DNA of 64,000 nucleotides from positions 33,563 through 97,562 of the forward strand of contig JAKAUI010000045.1 in assembly GCA_021827745.1 (NCBI GenBank). The letters are read 5' to 3'. The notes under the pieces were generated by a model that had not been told where the DNA came from, did no database searches, and saw only the letters and a list, made by a program, of their open reading frames with translations. This DNA comes from Bacillota bacterium. GTDB lineage: Bacteria; Bacillota; Sulfobacillia; JAJZYS01; JAJZLH01. Below are positions 58,713 through 64,000 of the stretch, piece by piece; within the stretch, counting starts at the first letter, position 1, and every line of letters starts with the position of its first letter. The position numbers were made by a program, and so were the translations under genes.

Positions 58713-60215
58713 TCAATGCCGAAAGTGGCGGATGCCGGTCAGGTACATGGTCATCCCGGCCCGCTCGGCAGCCGCGATCACCTCTTGGTCTCCTTTGGAG
58801 CCGCCCGGCTGGACGATGGCGCGCACCCCGGACGCCCTGGCCGCCTCAATGAGGTCCGGGAAGGGGATGAATCCGTCCGATGCCGCCAGCGCACCCTGGG
58901 CATGCGCCCCGGCCTGTGCGATCGCCTGCTGGGCTGCCCGCACTCGGCTCACCTGGCCGGCTCCGACTCCGACGGTCGCTCCGTCCCTGGCCAAGACGAC
59001 GGCATTCGACTTGGCCATGCGGGCAACTGCCCAGGCCAGCTCCAGATCGGCCAGCTCCTCGCCGTGAAGGGGTGGTCCCGCCACCAGCGACCAGGATGCA
59101 GCAGCCACGTCCTCACCGTCCCAGTCCTCGACCACCACCTGGCCGCCAACCGAGCGCAGGCGCTGTTGGGGTGGCTGCCAGGGCTTCGGCACGACCAATA
59201 GGCGCAGGCCGGAGCGGTCAGCGAGCAATTCTAGGGCGGCGGCACTGATCGACGGCACGACCAAGACCTCTAAGAAGCGCTTCCGGACGACCGCAGCGGT
59301 CTCTACGTCCAGTTCCTGATTGACGGCCGCCACCCCGCCGTAGGCGGCTTCCCAGTCCGCCTCGAGCGCCCGCTGGTAGGCGCTGGCCAAAGAAGGACCA
59401 CGGGCTGCGCCGGCCGGCGTCTGATGCTTGATCACCGCCACCGCAGGCTCAGGCAGGGCAGCGACCGTCCAGAGTGCGCTCTCGGCGTCGAACAGATTGT
59501 TGGCGGACACAGGCTTGCCCTCTTTGACCAGGGCGGCCAAAAGGTCGGGTCCAGCCGTGGGCCAGGGGCCGAAGGCCGTGGCGTGCTGATGCATGTTCTC
59601 GCCGTAGCGCAAATGGCGCCCAGCCCCGAGCTGCAGCGTGAACCCCTGATCTTGCGCGGCAGAAAGAAAATCGCTGATCTCGTGATCGTAGGCCGAGAGG
59701 GCGGCAAAGACTTTCGCCGCAAGCGGTCGGCCGAGGTCGGAAAGCGTCCCGGCGTCGACGGCGCTGAGCACCTCGGGCACGTCGGCGACGTCGCAGACCA
59801 CCGTCACCCGCTTGTGATTCTTGGCGGCAGCCCGCAGCATGGCCGGTCCGCCGACGTCGATCATCTCGATGACGTCCTCGGGCGCAAGCCCGCGGTCTCT
59901 GGCCTCGGCAAAGGGGTAGAGCGACACGGCCAAGAGGTCGATCGGCTCACCGCCGAGCTCCCTCACCAGCGGCAGGTCCTCTGCCCCCCGCCAGAGCAGG
60001 CCGGCGTGCACGGCTGGGTGCAGGGTCTTGACCCGTCCCCCCATCAGCGAGCTGATGCCGGTCATGTCCTCCAGGTGGGCGACGGCCACACCCTCGCGCT
60101 CAAGGAACAGGGCGGTGCCATGGGTGGCCAGCAGCTGCCAGTTGCGGTCGCAAAGCCCCCGCGCCAGCGCCACCCAGCCAGCGCTCTTATCGAAGGTCGA
60201 AATCAGAGCCCGCAT
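58713..60215 (-). CDS. purH: Bifunctional AICAR transformylase / IMP cyclohydrolase
   Basis: 500 aa with the PurH N-terminus (MRALISTFDKSG...) and conserved regions. Confidence 0.9.
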   Translation of the reverse strand: MRALISTFDKSAGWVALARGLCDRNWQLLATHGTALFLEREGVAVAHLEDMTGISSLMGGRVKTLHPAVHAGLLWRGAEDLPLVRELGGEPIDLLAVSLYPFAEARDRGLAPEDVIEMIDVGGPAMLRAAAKNHKRVTVVCDVADVPEVLSAVDAGTLSDLGRPLAAKVFAALSAYDHEISDFLSAAQDQGFTLQLGAGRHLRYGENMHQHATAFGPWPTAGPDLLAALVKEGKPVSANNLFDAESALWTVAALPEPAVAVIKHQTPAGAARGPSLASAYQRALEADWEAAYGGVAAVNQELDVETAAVVRKRFLEVLVVPSISAAALELLADRSGLRLLVVPKPWQPPQQRLRSVGGQVVVEDWDGEDVAAASWSLVAGPPLHGEELADLELAWAVARMAKSNAVVLARDGATVGVGAGQVSRVRAAQQAIAQAGAHAQGALAASDGFIPFPDLIEAARASGVRAIVQPGGSKGDQEVIAAAERAGMTMYLTGIRHFRH

Positions 60216-60834
60216 CCAGGTCCCTCCCCAGATCGATTGTCACCTGGCGACCGTTGACGCTCAGGCGCTCATTCAGCATCCAGCCGAGCGCCGTCACGAC
60301 GCCCTGTTGCTCCAAAGGCGCCACCCGCTCTCTCAGGTCCTGCCAATCATCTCCCGGTAGGACGGCGACCGTGTCTTGCCACACGATCGGGCCCCCGTCC
60401 ACCGCATCGCTGACCAGGTGGACGGTGACGCCCGTGACCTTCACGCCGTGGGCCAGCGCCTGGCCGATGCCATCGCGGCCGGGGAAGGCGGGCAACAGGG
60501 AGGGATGGACGTTGAGCGCCCGATTGGCGTACCGCCGAACCAGTGCGGTGCCAAGCCGGCTCATGTATCCGGCCAGCACGAGATGACTGATGCGCTGTCC
60601 TCTGAGCGCCGCCTCCACCTGCCGCTCGCGCTGCTCCCAAGGTGCCTTCGTCCGGTCGGCGACGACCGTGGGGAGGCCCTGGGCCTGCGCCCAGTCCACC
60701 GCCGGGCACTGCCGGTCCGCCACGACCAGTGTGAGCTCGCAGCTCAGCTCTTGAGCCGAGACGGCGGCGAAGACCGCCCGCAGGATGCTGCCCTGTCCGG
60801 AACAGAACACGGCCAGCCGGCCCGTCACTGCCAT
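60187..60834 (-). CDS. purN: Phosphoribosylglycinamide formyltransferase
   Basis: 215 aa with formyl-transferase motifs (LAVFCSGQGS, NVHPSLLP). Confidence 0.85.
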   Translation of the reverse strand: MAVTGRLAVFCSGQGSILRAVFAAVSAQELSCELTLVVADRQCPAVDWAQAQGLPTVVADRTKAPWEQRERQVEAALRGQRISHLVLAGYMSRLGTALVRRYANRALNVHPSLLPAFPGRDGIGQALAHGVKVTGVTVHLVSDAVDGGPIVWQDTVAVLPGDDWQDLRERVAPLEQQGVVTALGWMLNERLSVNGRQVTIDLGRDLDAGSDFDLR

Positions 60835-61844
60835 CTGACAGCCCGCTCCCCCGCTTCGATCCAGCCGATCTCGAACGCCCGCTCTCCCGAGGCGGCCAGT
60901 ACCGCAAGGATCTGTTCCGCCGCCTCGGCCGGCGCCACCAGCAGAAATCCGATGCCGAGGTTGAAGACGTGGCGCACCGCCTCGTGGCTGAGATGGGCGG
61001 TCTCACGGATGAACCGAACGAGTGCGGGCTCTGCCCAACGGGTCTGGTCAATCACCGCCCGACAGCCGCCCGGCAGGATGCGCACGAGGTTTCCGCCGAT
61101 GCCGCCGCCCGTCACATGGGCCAGTCCGCTCAGCGGCAGGGCGAGCACGTCGTGGACCGCCCCCACGTAGATGCGGGTTGGCGAAAGAAGCTCTGTACCG
61201 AGACTTGGCAGGCCCTGGGCGCGGGGTGCGCTCAGGTCCAGCTTGAAGTCACGGACGATCTTTCGGATCAGGGTGTAGCCGTTGGCGTGAAAGCCGTCAC
61301 TCGCGATCCCGATCACCTTGTGGCCGGGACGGATCGCCTCGCCGGAGATGATGCGCTCTTTCGATACCGCCCCCACGGCGAAGCCTGCCAGATCCAAAAC
61401 CCCCGGCCGCAGCATGTCCGGGAGCTCGGCTGTCTCGCCGCCCAAGAGGGCGCACCCGGCCTGGCGACATCCTCTGGCCACGCTGGCCACCACCTCGCCG
61501 GCCTGCTCGGGATCGAGCCGGTCGACGGCCAGGTAGTCGAGCACAAACAGCGGTCTCGCCCCGACCGTCAGGACGTCGTTCACGACCATCGCCACGAGAT
61601 CGATCCCGATGTCGGAGAAGGCGCTGAGCTCGCTCGCCAAGAGGAGCTTGCTACCAACGCCGTCGGCGCCAGCCACCAGCACCTCGCCCGTCCCCCCACT
61701 CAGGGCGAACAGGCCGGCGAAATGCCCGATCCCGCCCACCACCTCCGGTCGCCAGGCGACGCCGGCCGCCTGCTGATAGCGGCGGACGGCCTCGTCTGAG
61801 GCGTCGATGTCGACGCCGGCCCTGCGGTAGACGTCGTCGCTCAC
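60825..61844 (-). CDS. purM: Phosphoribosylformylglycinamidine cyclo-ligase (AIR synthase)
   Basis: 339 aa with the PurM N-terminus (YRRAGVDIDA) and AIRS domains. The ATG overlaps the purF stop (ATGA). Confidence 0.9.
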   Translation of the reverse strand: MSDDVYRRAGVDIDASDEAVRRYQQAAGVAWRPEVVGGIGHFAGLFALSGGTGEVLVAGADGVGSKLLLASELSAFSDIGIDLVAMVVNDVLTVGARPLFVLDYLAVDRLDPEQAGEVVASVARGCRQAGCALLGGETAELPDMLRPGVLDLAGFAVGAVSKERIISGEAIRPGHKVIGIASDGFHANGYTLIRKIVRDFKLDLSAPRAQGLPSLGTELLSPTRIYVGAVHDVLALPLSGLAHVTGGGIGGNLVRILPGGCRAVIDQTRWAEPALVRFIRETAHLSHEAVRHVFNLGIGFLLVAPAEAAEQILAVLAASGERAFEIGWIEAGERAVRWQ

Positions 61845-63250
61845 GGCCCGACCTCCGCTGAGCGCTTGGCTCCGGCACCGACCACGGACAGGGGGTAGCG
61901 GCCGGTGAAGCAGGCCATGCAGCCGCTCTCGCCGATCGCCCGGCCGACGCCGTCTGCGCTGAGAAATGCCAGGCTGTCCGCCCCCACCCAGCGGGCGATG
62001 GTCGCCTCATCCCGGCCAGCGGCAACGAGCTCCTCCCGGTTCGAGGTGTCGATTCCGTAGTGGCACGGGTGGCGGTAGGGCGGCGAGGCGATGCGCAGGT
62101 GCACCTCGCTCGCTCCGGCCTGTCTGAGCAGGCGGACGAGATGCGAGGCGGTGGTGCCTCTGACCAGAGAGTCGTCGACCAGAGCGACCCGTTTGCCGAC
62201 GACCACCTCGGCAATCGGCACCAGCTTCAGGCGAAGGGTCAGTTCCCGTTCGCCCTGCGAGGGCTGGATGAAGGTGCGGCCGACGTAACGGTTCTTGGCC
62301 AGTCCCTGCTCGAGCGGCAGGTTCAGGGTGCGGGCGAAGCCTTCCGCCGCCGGCAGGGACGAGTCGGGCACACCGACCACGATGTCGGCGTCCACGGGGG
62401 CCTCCCGGGCCAGCTCCTCGCCCAGCCGGCGGCGCACCATCTGCACGGTGCGGCCGGAGATCACGGAGTCTGGCCGTGCAAAGTAGATGTACTCAAAGCT
62501 GCACATGCTGCGCGGTCCGGCCGGCAAGAAGCCGGGGTGTCTCTTGATGCGGGCTGCGGGATCGATCGAGACCAGCTCTCCCCCGGCCACGTCGCCCAAA
62601 AGCGGCAGATCGAGCGCCGTGAGGGCGCAGGACTCAGAGACGGCTGCCGCCCTCCCCTCGCGCTGGCCAAAGACGAGCGGCCTCAGTTCCAGCGGATCCC
62701 TGACCGCCAGCAGCCCGGTGCGGGACAGCAGCACCATGGCGTAGCCGCCGCGCACCTGCATCAGCGCCTCCTGCAGCGCCTCGACCAGGGTGTCGCGCCG
62801 GGAGTGGGCGATCAGGTGGGCCACCACCTCTGTGTCGGTGGTGGTCTGGAAGATGGCGCCCTCCCCCTCCAGGCGTCGGCGCAGGTCCAGGGCGTTGACC
62901 AGGTTGCCGTTGTGCGCCAGAGCGAATGTGCCAAAGCGCGAGCGGAAGGTGAACGGCTGGGCATTCTCAAGCGACGGGGAACCGCTGGTCGAATAGCGGA
63001 CGTGGCCGACAGCCATGGTCCCGGCGCGGCTGTCCGGGCGGCCGCTCGGAAAGACCTCGGAGACAAGGCCCATGCCCCGCTCCAGCTGGAGCCCCTCACC
63101 GTCCACGCTGGCTACGCCGGCGCTCTCCTGGCCGCGGTGCTGCAGGCTGATCAGGGCCTGAACCGCCAGCTGCGGGGCGCCCTCTTCCAGATCGGCGACC
63201 GCCGCCACGCCGCACGCTTCGTGGAGCTCTGCTCCCTCCACCGCTCTCAC
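61841..63250 (-). CDS. purF: Amidophosphoribosyltransferase
   Basis: Ntn amidotransferase plus PRTase. A GTG at 63250 overlapping the purL TGA gives a 12-residue propeptide (MRAVEGAELHEA) before the catalytic Cys (CGVAAV), as in Bacillus PurF. The track ORF is over-extended. Confidence 0.9.
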   Translation of the reverse strand: MRAVEGAELHEACGVAAVADLEEGAPQLAVQALISLQHRGQESAGVASVDGEGLQLERGMGLVSEVFPSGRPDSRAGTMAVGHVRYSTSGSPSLENAQPFTFRSRFGTFALAHNGNLVNALDLRRRLEGEGAIFQTTTDTEVVAHLIAHSRRDTLVEALQEALMQVRGGYAMVLLSRTGLLAVRDPLELRPLVFGQREGRAAAVSESCALTALDLPLLGDVAGGELVSIDPAARIKRHPGFLPAGPRSMCSFEYIYFARPDSVISGRTVQMVRRRLGEELAREAPVDADIVVGVPDSSLPAAEGFARTLNLPLEQGLAKNRYVGRTFIQPSQGERELTLRLKLVPIAEVVVGKRVALVDDSLVRGTTASHLVRLLRQAGASEVHLRIASPPYRHPCHYGIDTSNREELVAAGRDEATIARWVGADSLAFLSADGVGRAIGESGCMACFTGRYPLSVVGAGAKRSAEVGP

Positions 63251-63999
63251 CTCCAAAATGGCTGTCGGGCCGCATCCCTCAGCGAGGACAGCGGGCTGCG
63301 CCACAGAGGCCCCTGGCGATCGGCGCAGGTGATCTCGTCGCCCGCCGCCTGACCGAGCAGGGTGCAGGGCACCCCTCGTCGCGCCGCCCACTCCGAAGCC
63401 GCGGCTGGATCGTCGGTGGTCAGAAGATAGCGGCTGCCCCCTTCTGCGCACCACGCCTCCAACCCGTCGCCGTGGCCGTCTGGAGTCTCAAACCTGCCGC
63501 CGGCGTCCAATCGCAGCGCCTGTTCCATCACCGCCTGCCACAGGCCTCCGTCGCCCACGTCGTCGAGTGCCCGGCTCCACGGCTGGTCTAAAAGCTCGAT
63601 CATCGCCTCCACCATGTCCGCCTCGACCGCGTAGTCTGGACAGGGCAGGGCCCAGGGATCGCCCAGCGGTGTCCTCTCTCCCAGGAGAGCGAGCCAAAGC
63701 GGGCCAAGCGAGCGGTTGGGCGCTGGCCGCCTGCCGCCGTCTGCCAAAAGCCCCACCGTGCCTAGCACTGGCGTCGGCAACATGGGGCGCGCCTGATCGC
63801 CGTTGTAGAAGCTGACATTGCCGCCGATCACCGGAACCCCCATGGCGGAGGCCGCCTCGGCCATTCCGCCGACCGTCTCCAAAAAGCTCCAGGCCACCTC
63901 CGGCTGGTCCGGGTCGCCGAAGTTCAGGCAGTCGGTGAAGGCGATCGGGCGCGCTCCTGTTGCCGCCACGTTGCGGATGCCCTCGAGCACCAGTTCGCG
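63247..63999 (-). CDS. purL: Phosphoribosylformylglycinamidine synthase II, C-terminal part (gene continues beyond window)
   Basis: PurL C-terminal AIRS-C-like region. Pur-operon synteny is purL-F-M-N-H-D. The feature is truncated by the window edge. Confidence 0.8.
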   Translation of the reverse strand, partial: RELVLEGIRNVAATGARPIAFTDCLNFGDPDQPEVAWSFLETVGGMAEAASAMGVPVIGGNVSFYNGDQARPMLPTPVLGTVGLLADGGRRPAPNRSLGPLWLALLGERTPLGDPWALPCPDYAVEADMVEAMIELLDQPWSRALDDVGDGGLWQAVMEQALRLDAGGRFETPDGHGDGLEAWCAEGGSRYLLTTDDPAAASEWAARRGVPCTLLGQAAGDEITCADRQGPLWRSPLSSLRDAARQPFWR

Positions 64000-64000
64000 A

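Overview
This is a GC-rich, almost fully coding window of core metabolism with Firmicutes-like synteny (secDF-recJ-apt-relA, hemA-C-D-B, groES-groEL behind a CIRCE element, pur operon). It carries about 70 genes, nearly all on the minus strand, including selB, a hem cluster, marR-MFS, an icd-mdh-maeA-sucCD TCA block, a molybdenum-cofactor cluster with tatC, and an aa3-type cytochrome oxidase operon. Two tRNAs are present: tRNA-Pro(CGG) and a 96-nt tRNA-Sec with UCA anticodon. I saw no mobile elements, CRISPR arrays or defence islands.

The most unusual signal is respiratory. A Rieske protein with an N-terminal 4-Cys zinc ribbon sits upstream of a single ORF fusing cytochrome b6, subunit IV and a C-terminal type-1 copper (cupredoxin) domain. 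Oxidase subunit II has a CuA site but no cytochrome c domain. No CxxCH motif appears anywhere in the window, which points to a cytochrome-c-free menaquinol-to-O2 chain wired through a fused blue-copper domain.

Other points worth a second look:
- selB and tRNA-Sec lie 25 kb apart, with tRNA-Sec next to tatC and the Moco genes. This predicts a Tat-exported seleno-molybdoenzyme elsewhere in the genome.
- maeA and sucC have no canonical start codon at their homology-defined N-termini. Each appears to start on a CTG that overlaps the upstream TGA (CTGA), alongside many ATGA/GTGA/TTGA junctions.
- A ~200-nt GC-rich candidate structured leader precedes an LCP-family gene.

The supplied ORF track over-extends many N-termini and contains many long antisense shadow ORFs, both expected from the high GC content.
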